From: Planctomycetota bacterium | Lineage (GTDB): Bacteria; Planctomycetota; B15-G4; SIAN01 | Direction of reading: 5' to 3' | Length of the DNA: 64,000 bases | NCBI GenBank assembly: GCA_031409275.1 | Contig: JANNXA010000055.1 | Span: forward strand, 288,001-352,000 | Shown here: positions 18,895 to 28,360 of the stretch, piece by piece | Layout of the letters: each line of letters begins with the position of its first letter | Position numbering within the stretch: position 1 is the first letter of the stretch | Notes under the pieces: generated by a model | What the model was told of the DNA's origin: nothing | Databases searched by the model: none | Seen by the model: only the letters and a program-made list of their open reading frames with translations | Position numbers and translations under genes: made by a program

Positions 18895-20759
18895 GGGCCG
18901 CCCTCCCGCGCCGGACGCGTGGCCCCGACGCGCGGCACCATCTGCAGCGCGAGCTCGACGCGCAACGTCGCATCGACGAGCCGCGTCGACAGCCGCAGCT
19001 TCGCCACCTCGCGCGCGATGTCGACGAGGAACGCCTGCTCGAGATTCGCCTGTTCGAGGCTCTTGCCCTGCTCCAGCGTGGCCTGCGCGATCAGCGCGTC
19101 GCGATCCTCGAGCGCCAGCTCGGCGACGTTTCTCCCATCGACTTCGATCCAGGTGAGCGCGCCGCTCGGCGCCGTCGCCATCTGTCCCACCGACAGCTCG
19201 TCGATCAGCGCCTGCATCAGTTCGACCGTCGACGCGACGATCAGCCGCGCCCCGACGCGCGCGAAGCAGGGCGATGCGTTCAGCCGCTCCGGCTCCACCG
19301 CGCGATCGTCGTCGCGGGGCAGGCGGCCGCCGGTGATCTGCACGCCGCGATGCGCGTCGACGAAGAGCTCGTAGGGCGCCTGGTTCTTCTGTGCGCTGTC
19401 GACGTTGAAGAGCGCGATGGCCATCTGCACGCCGTTGGCGAATTCGCGGCCGAGCCGCTCGTGGTCGCCGCGCGCCTGCCAGATCATCGCGCCGGCCGGG
19501 TAACGCAGCGCCGGAGGCGACGCGACTCCCGGAAAGGTCTGCCGCGAGAGCACGAAGAGGATCGACTCGTCGAGCGCCGGCAGCACTTCGTCGGGGAGGC
19601 TGCGGCCACCGAAGAAGATGCCGAGGTTCGCCTTCGCGAGCGCGAGCTCGGCGCCGACCTTGTCCTGGCACAGCTCGCCGTGATCGGCCCACAACGCCGC
19701 CAGATCGCGCCGCATCGACCAGGTGAGCAGCATCCCAGGAGGGTGCAGCGTCGGCAGCGGCTGCGCCGCGTTCGCATGGCCAAAGCCGCGATAGGCCGTC
19801 GGCAGCGGCGCATCGGCGGGCGCGGGCAACGCGACCTCGAAGACGAGCGACTCGGCGCTGCCATGCAACGACATCGGAACGACCGGTGCCCGCGCCGCCA
19901 ACGCGAAGAGGTCGCCGAGCAGCGCGGCGCCGACGAAGTCGTCCTGGCGAACGGGCAGCCACGACTCCTTGCCCGAGATCGCGGTCACGCGCGGGCCATC
20001 GAGCGCGAGCGCCACGATCGCATCCTGCGGCGCCGAAGCGCGCGCGGCGGCGACGAGTGCCGGCGGGGGCATCGAGACGCCCGCGATCGCGCGGGTGGCC
20101 AGCTCGGCGAAGCGCCCCTTGGTGCTGGCGAACAGGAGATCGCGGCCCACCTGGCCGACGTAGAGCTGCTCGCGGACGACCAGAGCCTCCACCCCACCGA
20201 GCGACTCCGTGCGCCAGGCGGGAGGCTCTTCCTTCGCCATCGCTGCCAGCGTGCGCGCCACCTGCATCAGATGGTCCGCGCGATCGAGGTCGCCGATGCG
20301 GACGGCGCCGACCAGCCCCGGCATCGTCTCGCCGGTCACCAGCGCCACGACCAGTTGCTCGCCCAGCACCGCATCGAGCAGGTCGTGCGCCTTCATGCCG
20401 CCGACCAGTTCGACGAAGCCATAGCCGGCCATCAGCTCGACGTAGGCCGGACTCTTCTGGTACTGCTTCCAGGCCGGAAGCGCGAAGAGGCGCTCCTTCA
20501 GGCTCGAGGTCGGCAGGTCGCGCATGCGCGCCCCCAACCCGCGCGCTTCGGCCACCGCGATCAGCTCCTCGGGCAGGAGCTCCGCAAGGTCGGCCACTTC
20601 GGTCGCTGGCGCCACCGCGACGACGGCCGGTTCACCACGAAGCCGCGGCCAGGCCGGTCCCGCCAGCGCCGCCAGCGGCAACCACGAGAGGAGGCCCGCC
20701 ACTGCAGCCGCCGCACCGAGGCGGCAAAGCAAGGTGCGCAGGGGTCGCGAGCGGCGCAT
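18891..20759 (-). CDS. Hypothetical exported protein (possibly DUF3352-like)
   Basis: Basic then hydrophobic N-terminus, coding-like codon use. Stop overlaps the DUF1800 start (GTGA). Confidence 0.65.
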   Translation of the reverse strand: MRRSRPLRTLLCRLGAAAAVAGLLSWLPLAALAGPAWPRLRGEPAVVAVAPATEVADLAELLPEELIAVAEARGLGARMRDLPTSSLKERLFALPAWKQYQKSPAYVELMAGYGFVELVGGMKAHDLLDAVLGEQLVVALVTGETMPGLVGAVRIGDLDRADHLMQVARTLAAMAKEEPPAWRTESLGGVEALVVREQLYVGQVGRDLLFASTKGRFAELATRAIAGVSMPPPALVAAARASAPQDAIVALALDGPRVTAISGKESWLPVRQDDFVGAALLGDLFALAARAPVVPMSLHGSAESLVFEVALPAPADAPLPTAYRGFGHANAAQPLPTLHPPGMLLTWSMRRDLAALWADHGELCQDKVGAELALAKANLGIFFGGRSLPDEVLPALDESILFVLSRQTFPGVASPPALRYPAGAMIWQARGDHERLGREFANGVQMAIALFNVDSAQKNQAPYELFVDAHRGVQITGGRLPRDDDRAVEPERLNASPCFARVGARLIVASTVELMQALIDELSVGQMATAPSGALTWIEVDGRNVAELALEDRDALIAQATLEQGKSLEQANLEQAFLVDIAREVAKLRLSTRLVDATLRVELALQMVPRVGATRPAREGGP

Positions 20760-20845
20760 GGTCGTCTCCAACAGAGGAAGGGATGCCGACCAAGAGTCGC
20801 GCCAGCGCCGTGCGTGAAAGCGGGGCTCCCGCGGGGCCGCCGCTC

Positions 20846-22099
20846 TCACCGCACGCGGCCGGCTCGCCAACGCTCTTCCAGTTCGGCGAAGCGGGCGCAC
20901 CCGAAGCGCGCGGCAACTTCTTCGAGCGACTCGGGCGCGCCGCGCAGCCGCGGCGTCTCGAACCAGGTCGCCCGCGCGTGCGGACCGCCGCCCCCATCTT
21001 CGACGCACCACGCGGCGAACGAGCCGGCGACGCCGGCAGCGGCCGGATCCCCCTCGTTTCGGAACAGCGCGGCGAGCGGTGCGTCGGCAGGTGCAGCGCC
21101 AAGCGCCTCGCTCGCCGACGCAGCGGCCAGCCATTGAGCGGCACCCTCGATCCACCACGCCGGCGCCCCATCGAAGCGCAACTGAACGAGGGTCGCGCGC
21201 ACCAGCGCCGCGCTCGCCAGCGGAGTGGTCGCCACGCTCGCCGACTGCACGATCCCCGCGCGCGGATCGGTGCCGACGGCGGCGAATCGTTCCTCGTCGA
21301 GCCATGCCAGAACGATTGGAGCCGCGAGGTCGAGTCGACGCTCGAGTGGCCGCAAGAGCTGCTGCTCCAGGCGTCGCCGCGTCACCCGCATGGCGACGAG
21401 GTCGGGCAAGGCCGCGCGCGGCGCGACCACCACCCACGGAGCGAGCTGTTCACCGCTCCAGACGTAGTCGTCGCGTGCGCGATCGATGGCGGCCACCCAC
21501 GCCTCACGCACCGCACCCAACGACGCCGCGCCATGGAATGGGCTCGCGAGCGGCTCGAAACCCTCCGGAACCGCCGACAACTCCGTCGCCGTCGGCGGCG
21601 CCGTCGGCGGCGCAGTCGGCGGCGCAGTCGGCGGTGCGATGGGTGCTGCGATCGGCGGCGCTGCCTGAGCTGCGGTCGAAGCGGCGGGTGGTGGCGACGT
21701 CGACGGGGAAGCCGGCTCTCGCTCGGGCGGGGCGATGGCCGCCGGAGGCGCTTGCGGCGAATCGTCAGGGGTCGACGACGGCGGCGGCGAGGCGATCTCC
21801 GCAACGACCGTTGGCGACGGTTCCGACCGCGCCGTCGGCGCGGTCGAAGCGGGTGGCACGGACGGCTTCGCGGCGGCCACGAGGTCGACGGCGGGAGCCG
21901 CGTCGTCTGCGCGCGGCGACGAGGGCCGATCCGGCTCGAGCGCCAATGCCGACTCGGGCTCGCGGGCAACGGGCAACGCCATCGTCAACGCGGCCACCCA
22001 CGCCACGATCGCCAGCGCGGCGGGCAGCCAGATCCTCACCGGCCATGTGGTGGAGCTCGTCACGCAGCGGATCGTAGGCGGCGCAGGCGGGCCCGTCAC
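20846..22099 (-). CDS. Membrane-anchored Pro-rich protein with degenerate gluzincin-like domain
   Basis: TM segment IWLPAALAIVAWVAALTMAL, Pro/Ala/Thr stalk, PAWWIEGAAQW without a preceding HExxH. GTG overlaps the kinase stop. Confidence 0.6.
   Translation of the reverse strand: MTGPPAPPTIRCVTSSTTWPVRIWLPAALAIVAWVAALTMALPVAREPESALALEPDRPSSPRADDAAPAVDLVAAAKPSVPPASTAPTARSEPSPTVVAEIASPPPSSTPDDSPQAPPAAIAPPEREPASPSTSPPPAASTAAQAAPPIAAPIAPPTAPPTAPPTAPPTATELSAVPEGFEPLASPFHGAASLGAVREAWVAAIDRARDDYVWSGEQLAPWVVVAPRAALPDLVAMRVTRRRLEQQLLRPLERRLDLAAPIVLAWLDEERFAAVGTDPRAGIVQSASVATTPLASAALVRATLVQLRFDGAPAWWIEGAAQWLAAASASEALGAAPADAPLAALFRNEGDPAAAGVAGSFAAWCVEDGGGGPHARATWFETPRLRGAPESLEEVAARFGCARFAELEERWRAGRVR
21591..21638. 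repeat. 12-bp coding tandem repeat x4 (APPT units)
   Basis: GTCGGCGGCGC(C/A) units seen directly. Confidence 0.85.
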
Positions 22100-23889
22100 G
22101 ATGCGCGTGGCAATCGCAACGCCAGCACCGCACCGGCCCCGGCCACCGCCCTCAGTTCGAGTTCGCCGCCGAGGTCACGCGCGAGGCCACGTGCCAACGC
22201 CAGGCCGAGCCCGACTCCCGGCCGCGCATCGTCGTTGCGAGCCCCGCGCTCGAACGGCTCGAAGATCACTTCGCGCAACGCCGCGGGGACACCGGCGCCG
22301 TGGTCGACCACCACGACCTCGACGTCCGCGGCGGTCGCGGTGGCGATGAGCTCGATGCGCGAGGCCTCCTCGCCGCGCCCGTACTTGCAGGCGTTGTCGA
22401 AGAGGTTGAAGAGGATCTGGCCGATCGCGTCGACATCGGTGTCGAGCACCGCCGCCGCGGCAGCCGGATCGACCTTCCAGTCGCACTCGAAGCCCGCCTC
22501 GGCGGCGCGACGACGCAGCGTCGGCTCGTGCGACGCGAGCAGCTTCGCCACCGTGCAGCGTTCGCGCCGCGCCATTGCGCCTCGCTCTTCGAGACGCGCA
22601 TAGGCCAGCACGTTCTCGACCAGCGTGGCGAGGCGTCCCGATTGTTCCTTCAGCGTCTGCAGGTAGCTCTGCCGCTGTTCCGGTGCGGTCACCATCCCGT
22701 CGGCCAGCATCTCGCTGTACATGCGAAACGTCGTGAGCGGCGTGCGCAGCTCATGCGTGACCGCCGAGGCGAAGCGGTCGCGGCGCTGCGCGAGCGCGAC
22801 GCTCGAGCGGACCATCCACCAGCCGACCGCCAGCGCGCCGACGACAGCGATCCACGCCGCGGCGAGCGTCGAGTGCGTGGCCGACCAACCGCCGTCGATC
22901 ACGAGGACCTCGCCGCCGAAGCCGACCGGCGCCACCAATCGAACTGGAATGGAGGTGAGCGACGAAGGGTCGACCTCCATCGCGTTCGCCGTCATCTCGG
23001 GCGCGGGCAGCAGATCGGCGCCGGGCAGAAGGGTCGCGATCGACTCGAGCAGCTGCAGGCGCAACTGCGGCCAGTCGCACCAGATGCCCTGCAACAGCTC
23101 CTGCGCGCCGACCTCGACCCGCCGCACGAAGAAGAGCTCCGGCGTTTCGCCGCCGACCCACCACGGCACCAGCGAACCGACGACGACCTGCGCCGGCGCC
23201 TCGAGCGGCTCGGCCGCGCGGTTGTTGTAGTTGGCGTCGTTCACCGCCGTGCGCTTCACGTCGATGACCTGCTGCTGGCGCGCGACCCAGTCGCCGCCAT
23301 CCGACTTCGCGCCCGCGGTCGCCAGTTCGCACGCCTCGATCGTCACGACCGCAGCACGCAGCGAGGCCGGCGTCACCAGCGCGCGGACCTGCGCCAATCG
23401 CGCCGCGGCGTGGTCGGCGTCGAGCGTCGGGAAGTCCAGGTTTCCGGCCGTGCAGGTCGCCTGCGCGAGGTCGAGCTGATTGCCCAGCGGAACCTGCGGC
23501 GAGCTGAAACGCTGATCGCTGTCGATCTGGAAGTGGAGCCGGAAGGGCGCCGGCGCCACCAGGAGGAGCGGCGAGGCGACCAGCACGTCGCCCTTGCTCA
23601 CCGGGCTCAGGTAGCGCGTGTAGCCGCACTCCTGCGGGTAGTAGGCGAGGTACTCGAAGTAGGGGCGCGCCCCTTCGCGTGCGAGCAACGGCAAGACGCG
23701 CGAGTCGAGCCGCCAGAGCGCGTTGCGCCGCACCGCCTCGGCCTGCTCGCGCGCGCGGCCGTGCGCCTGCTCGGTGCGATGCGCCGCTTCGAGTCGCAGC
23801 GACATCCGCGTCACCAGGAACAGCGCTGCGACGACCGCGCCGGTGCCGGCGAGGTAGAGCCACTGCCAGCGCGCGCGCCGCCGTCTCAT
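22096..23889 (-). CDS. Sensor histidine kinase (HisKA + HATPase_c) with large periplasmic domain
   Basis: Two TM segments, H-box VTHELRTPLT, N-box NLFDNACKY, DHGAGV, GLGLALAR. Confidence 0.95.
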   Translation of the reverse strand: MRRRRARWQWLYLAGTGAVVAALFLVTRMSLRLEAAHRTEQAHGRAREQAEAVRRNALWRLDSRVLPLLAREGARPYFEYLAYYPQECGYTRYLSPVSKGDVLVASPLLLVAPAPFRLHFQIDSDQRFSSPQVPLGNQLDLAQATCTAGNLDFPTLDADHAAARLAQVRALVTPASLRAAVVTIEACELATAGAKSDGGDWVARQQQVIDVKRTAVNDANYNNRAAEPLEAPAQVVVGSLVPWWVGGETPELFFVRRVEVGAQELLQGIWCDWPQLRLQLLESIATLLPGADLLPAPEMTANAMEVDPSSLTSIPVRLVAPVGFGGEVLVIDGGWSATHSTLAAAWIAVVGALAVGWWMVRSSVALAQRRDRFASAVTHELRTPLTTFRMYSEMLADGMVTAPEQRQSYLQTLKEQSGRLATLVENVLAYARLEERGAMARRERCTVAKLLASHEPTLRRRAAEAGFECDWKVDPAAAAAVLDTDVDAIGQILFNLFDNACKYGRGEEASRIELIATATAADVEVVVVDHGAGVPAALREVIFEPFERGARNDDARPGVGLGLALARGLARDLGGELELRAVAGAGAVLALRLPRAS

Positions 23890-24602
23890 CCGTGCGCCAC
23901 CGGACCGGCGTCAAGGCGGCAGTCGGGCGCGAGCATGTAGCCACTCCCGCGCACGGTCACGACGACTTCGCTGCCGCAGCCGTCGAGCTTCTCCCGCAAG
24001 CGCGCCATGTGCATGTCGATGGTGCGCGTCTGCAGACCGCGCGGGTCGAGACCCCAGACCGCCCGCAGCAACTCGTCGCGCGTCACCACCTGATCGGCCG
24101 CGCTGGCCAGATAGCGCAGCAGTTGCAGCTCCTTCTCCGAGAGCTGGCGCACCTCGCCGGCCGCAAGGCGCACCTCGTGACGCGCGAAGTCGACGCAGCC
24201 GTTTGGCATCGTCAGCCGTTCGATGGGCGGCGGCCGGGTCGCGCTGCGCCGCAACACCGCCTCGACGCGAGCCAGCAGTTCACGCGCCGAGAAGGGCTTC
24301 ACCACGTAGTCGTCGGCGCCCTCCTGCAGCCCGCGCACCCGGTCGTGTTCGGCGCCGCGCGCCGTCACCAGGATCACCGGCAGCAGCGGCTTGGTACGCC
24401 GCACCGACGACAAAATTGCGAAGCCATCCTGGCCGGGGAGCACCACGTCGAGCAGCGCCAGATCGATGGGCAGCGCCAACGCCATCTCGAGGCCGGCGCG
24501 GCCATCGGCCGCCTCGTGCACGGTGTAGCCGCCGTAGCGCAAGGCGTCGACCAGGCCGCGCCGGATGGCGCTGTCGTCTTCCACCACCAGCACCGTCGCC
24601 AT
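23886..24602 (-). CDS. OmpR/PhoB-family response regulator
   Basis: VLVVEDD, LLDVVLPG, GADDYVVKPF, RTIDMHMARLREKL, TVRGSGY. Confidence 0.95.
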   Translation of the reverse strand: MATVLVVEDDSAIRRGLVDALRYGGYTVHEAADGRAGLEMALALPIDLALLDVVLPGQDGFAILSSVRRTKPLLPVILVTARGAEHDRVRGLQEGADDYVVKPFSARELLARVEAVLRRSATRPPPIERLTMPNGCVDFARHEVRLAAGEVRQLSEKELQLLRYLASAADQVVTRDELLRAVWGLDPRGLQTRTIDMHMARLREKLDGCGSEVVVTVRGSGYMLAPDCRLDAGPVAHG

Positions 24603-24607
24603 CGAGC

Positions 24608-25855
24608 TCACGTCCCGCCGCTCTCCTTCTTCGCCGGCTCCTGCTTCGCCGGCTCCTGCTTCGCCGGTTCCTTGAAGCGCAGCCCCTTCGCCGTCGCCTG
24701 GGCGCGCAGCGCGTCACGCACCGCGCGATCGAACGCGGCTGCCCCCTCCTGTCCAAGCTTCTCCATTTCGACCGCGACGAAGCACTCCCGCTTCGCGCTC
24801 ACCGCCTGGATCTTCTCTTTCAGCTCGGTGCGCTTGGACCACGCCGCATCGACGCACTGCTGCCGCTGCTCCAACGTCAGCTCGCGCATCTTCTCCGGGA
24901 AGTCCTCTTTCTTCACTTCCTCGAGCTTCAAGCTGCCGGCCTTCACCTGCTCGACGAGATCCCAGTCGCAGGTGTAGAGACTGCCGCCCTTGGTGCAGGC
25001 GCGCGATGCCGCCGTCGCCGCGTTGCAGTTGGCCGCGTTCGCGTCTTGCAGCCGCTGGTTCCCCCAGGCGACGGCCCCGGCCGCGCCGTAGGGCAGGTAG
25101 GTGTCGTTGATCGCCGTCGAGAGGGCGGCGAGCTGTGCATCGAACGGCGTCGCGATCACCACCGTCCCGTTCTGCTGGTCGATCGCCGCGAAGTGGCCGT
25201 CCGCGCGGCGCGCGACCTCCTGCCATCCGGGGGCGAGCTCATCGGCGGGGTTGCCGCAGTAGATCGCGTTCACGGCGATGCCGCGCTCGATCAGGCTCTT
25301 GCAGGCGTCGCCGAAGTGGACGACCTGATCCTGGTCGGCCGATTCGTTGCCGGCCACCACCACCAGCTTCAAGGCGTCCGCCTGCGAGGACCAATCGAGC
25401 GACTGGCCGGCGGTCGACAGCACGCGCCCGACCATCTCGGTGCCACCGTTGGTGGTCAGCGCGAAGAGACGCTGCGAGACGACATCGAGATCCTCGGTGA
25501 GCGGCGCATCGACCTTCACCCAACCGCCGTCGGCCGGATAGCCGTCGTTGCCGAAGGTGAGCAGCGCGACGCGCAACTTCGGCGTCGGCTCGGCCAACGC
25601 CAACTCGTTCACGATCGCCCACAACTTCTGCCGCGCGGCATCGAGCAGCCCGTCCATGCTGCCGCTCGTGTCGAGGCAGAGGGCGAGGTCGATCGAAGGC
25701 GCCGCGCGCGCGCTTGGCGCGGCCGCCGGCATCGCGATCGGGCGCTCGTCACCGGCCAGCGCGGGCGCGCCGACCAAACCCAGCGCGGCCGCGGCGAGCG
25801 TGGCGCGTTGCCGCCGATTGCCGCCGCCGCGAGTCGAGCCGATCGATCGCAACAT
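24608..25855 (-). CDS. Secreted VWA domain protein
   Basis: Signal peptide, MIDAS LCLDTSGSM, TNGGTE, VAGNE. C-terminal EPAKQ repeats. Confidence 0.85.
   Translation of the reverse strand: MLRSIGSTRGGGNRRQRATLAAAALGLVGAPALAGDERPIAMPAAAPSARAAPSIDLALCLDTSGSMDGLLDAARQKLWAIVNELALAEPTPKLRVALLTFGNDGYPADGGWVKVDAPLTEDLDVVSQRLFALTTNGGTEMVGRVLSTAGQSLDWSSQADALKLVVVAGNESADQDQVVHFGDACKSLIERGIAVNAIYCGNPADELAPGWQEVARRADGHFAAIDQQNGTVVIATPFDAQLAALSTAINDTYLPYGAAGAVAWGNQRLQDANAANCNAATAASRACTKGGSLYTCDWDLVEQVKAGSLKLEEVKKEDFPEKMRELTLEQRQQCVDAAWSKRTELKEKIQAVSAKRECFVAVEMEKLGQEGAAAFDRAVRDALRAQATAKGLRFKEPAKQEPAKQEPAKKESGGT
24629..24673. repeat. 15-bp coding tandem repeat x3 (QEPAK)
   Basis: CTTCGCCGGCTCCTG twice plus one variant copy. 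Confidence 0.85.
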
Positions 25856-25920
25856 GAGTGTCTCCTGGCGCTGACCACGAGGCGGTCGCGCGACTTGAAA
25901 GGAACGGGAAGAAGGAACGC

Positions 25921-28230
25921 TCACTCGCCGCCCAGGCGCACGAGCAACCGGCGTCCGCGATGGTCGAGCACGACGTCGCCGCGGAGCGTCAGCAAGGCGG
26001 CACGCCCATCGGCGACGAGTTCGTCGACGAGGGTGTGCCACGCGGGCGAGCCAAGCTCCACCAGCGGCAGCGGCTCCGCGGCTGCCGGCAGCGCGGGGAG
26101 TCCGATGATCTTCGAATCGACCCACTGGCCCTGATTGCAGAAGAAGGCGCGATCGCCGACCTGCTGCACCGTCGCGATCTCGACGCGCGCCAGCTTGTCG
26201 TTGCCCGCCGCGACGTCGACGAAGCCGTTGCGCAGATCGACCGTCGACTTCGACTTGCGGTCGTTGAAGTTGGAGCCCTGCGCCACCGCGCCGAACCCCG
26301 ACCGCTCGTTCATCGCCCGACCCGCGAGCGTGGCGTTGCACTGCTCCGTCAGCTGCGACCAGCTGCGCAGATCGGCGCCGTCGGTGGCGAGGAACGCGGT
26401 GTACTCGGTCAGCACCCCGAACTCGGTGGACAGGCGCAGGATCTCCTCCGTCAGCTCGACCAGCCGCGGATCGTTGCCGACCGGCGGCGCGAGAAATGGA
26501 GAGCGTTCGGCGCTGCCGAGCTCGCGCACCTGGTCGACCAGGAAGGCGATGCGGCGCGTGGCCCACAGACGCGGCACGAACGCGTTGCGCGTCGTGGCGC
26601 GCGCCAGATCGAGCGTGAAGCGGAAGGTGCTCGGCTTGCCGAGATGGCGGCCGCTCACCTGGAAGGCGAGCGGCGCCTCGCCCACGTACTGGCCCAGCAC
26701 GATCAGCGAATCGCCTTCGAACTGGTCGGGCAGCGACATCGGCGCCAGTTCGCGGATGCGCCGCGGATCGAGCGAGCCGTCCGGCGCGAGCGTGTCGAGC
26801 CGGACGTCGGAAAGGAGCGGCCCGTAGAGCTTCTTCCAGACTTTGGCGACGGCGAGCTCGACATCCTCGCCGGGCAGCACGTAGGTCGTGCTGGCACGGG
26901 TCACGTCGGCGATCCGATCGAGCAGCGGCGCGTTGACGTCCGCGCCGACGCCGAAGGTGAAGATGCGCCGCTGGTGGACGTTGCCATTCACGACGAGCTC
27001 GCGCAGCGTCACCTCGGACGTCGAGCGAACCGTCGGCAGGCCATCGGTCAGGAACAGCACGAGCGGCAGCGTCCCTTCGACATGTGGCTGTCGCAGCGCC
27101 TCGACGAGCGCGTCGTGGATGTTGGTGCCGCCATTGGGGCGCAGGCTGGCGAGGTAGCCGCGTGCCTGCGCGCTGCTGCTGGCATCCTTTACCACCGGCG
27201 CGGCGGCGAAAAGCGCCACCGTCGTCGAGTAGTCGATCAGGTTGAACGACTCGCCATCGACGAGCCCTTCGATGGCCTGCAGCGCGGCCGCGCGCGCCTG
27301 GTCCCACTTGCTCCCCGCCATGCTGCCCGAGCGATCGAGCACGACGGTCAGCTCGCGGCGCACCTGGGCGCGATCGCCATCGCTTCGCGCCGGCATCCCC
27401 GCCATCAACAGGAAGTAGCCGCCGCCCACTCGCGGATCGGGGTAAGCGAAGAGCGACGCGGTGAGCTCCTTCTGCTGCGTGAGGTAGCTGAGCCGGAAGG
27501 AGCCCGGATTGAGCCGCGCGCTCGCGGCGAGCCGCGCCGTCATCGAGCTGCCATCGACGCGAGCGACGTCGAGTTCGTGGCTCGGGGAATAGAGCATCGC
27601 CACGCCGGCGCGGCTGTGCACCGAGACATCGATGGTCCACGGCACTTGCGCCGCAAGCGACTCGCTGCGCGCCAGCACGTAGTCGATGCGCGCCCCGTCG
27701 CGCTCGAGCAGATGCTCGTAGCAGAGGCGCACGCGCTGCACGCCATGAGCGGGGATCGGGAAGACGCTGCTCTTCACCATGGCGTGGCCGGCGAATTCGA
27801 GCAGGCCGGGATCCTTCAGACGCCGCACGATCTCGTCGTAGATTCGCCGCGCTTCGTCGCGCGCCACGACTCGTGCCGTCGCTTCGGCCGCGCTTCCTTC
27901 GAGCTCGAACGCGGAGACGGCCGCGTCATCGGGGACCGGCAACAGCACGATCGCCTCTGCCGGCTGGCCGCCCTCGTTGCGCAGCTCGAGTTCGAGGGTC
28001 GTTGAGGCGGTCTGTTCGAGCAGCCGCACCGCGGCTCGCACGGAAGCGACATGGACCCCATTGGGTCGCGGCAGCAGGGCGAAGTTGTGGCTGGCCGGCG
28101 CGACGACGTCGGTGCAGTGCAGCAGCTCGGCGAACGCATCGCCGCCGCCAGTGGCGAACGCTTGCGGTGCCGCAGGCGGCGCGGCGGTCAGGGCGAGGGC
28201 GAGGGCGAGGAGCGTGGCGACAGCAACCAT
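25921..28230 (-). CDS. Secreted VIT + VWA domain protein (inter-alpha-trypsin inhibitor heavy-chain-like)
   Basis: Signal peptide, VIT signature EARRIYDEIVRRLKDPGLLE, MIDAS LDRSGSM, GGTNI, FLTDGLPT, LWATRRI, TEYTAFL. Confidence 0.9.
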   Translation of the reverse strand: MVAVATLLALALALTAAPPAAPQAFATGGGDAFAELLHCTDVVAPASHNFALLPRPNGVHVASVRAAVRLLEQTASTTLELELRNEGGQPAEAIVLLPVPDDAAVSAFELEGSAAEATARVVARDEARRIYDEIVRRLKDPGLLEFAGHAMVKSSVFPIPAHGVQRVRLCYEHLLERDGARIDYVLARSESLAAQVPWTIDVSVHSRAGVAMLYSPSHELDVARVDGSSMTARLAASARLNPGSFRLSYLTQQKELTASLFAYPDPRVGGGYFLLMAGMPARSDGDRAQVRRELTVVLDRSGSMAGSKWDQARAAALQAIEGLVDGESFNLIDYSTTVALFAAAPVVKDASSSAQARGYLASLRPNGGTNIHDALVEALRQPHVEGTLPLVLFLTDGLPTVRSTSEVTLRELVVNGNVHQRRIFTFGVGADVNAPLLDRIADVTRASTTYVLPGEDVELAVAKVWKKLYGPLLSDVRLDTLAPDGSLDPRRIRELAPMSLPDQFEGDSLIVLGQYVGEAPLAFQVSGRHLGKPSTFRFTLDLARATTRNAFVPRLWATRRIAFLVDQVRELGSAERSPFLAPPVGNDPRLVELTEEILRLSTEFGVLTEYTAFLATDGADLRSWSQLTEQCNATLAGRAMNERSGFGAVAQGSNFNDRKSKSTVDLRNGFVDVAAGNDKLARVEIATVQQVGDRAFFCNQGQWVDSKIIGLPALPAAAEPLPLVELGSPAWHTLVDELVADGRAALLTLRGDVVLDHRGRRLLVRLGGE

Positions 28231-28257
28231 GGCAGCGTCTCCGAATCGGCACCTCGT

Positions 28258-28285
28258 TCTGACCCGATCGGGTCAGTGAAGTTCC
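28258..28285 (-). promoter_or_regulatory. Putative ECF (sigmaE-type) promoter overlapping a perfect 18-bp palindrome
   Basis: Minus strand GGAACTT-N16-TCAGA. CTGACCCGATCGGGTCAG (28259-28276) is a perfect palindrome. Confidence 0.5.
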
Positions 28286-28300
28286 GTTCCGTATCGACGC

Positions 28301-28345
28301 AACCTACGGCCGCGAAGCGGCGCGGTCGGTCACAGCCGTGCAACA
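28301..28345 (-). promoter_or_regulatory. Putative OmpR-type direct repeat and -10 element
   Basis: GTCACA-N5-GCAACA (28329-28345, 11-bp period) and minus-strand TAGGTT (28306-28301). Confidence 0.35.
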
Positions 28346-28360
28346 CGCGCGAACGCGGTC

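Noticed and set aside
21591..24673. Short tandem repeats as a CRISPR array or contingency loci
   Set aside because: Units are 12 and 15 bp, in frame, without spacers, and encode low-complexity linkers. No cas genes are present.
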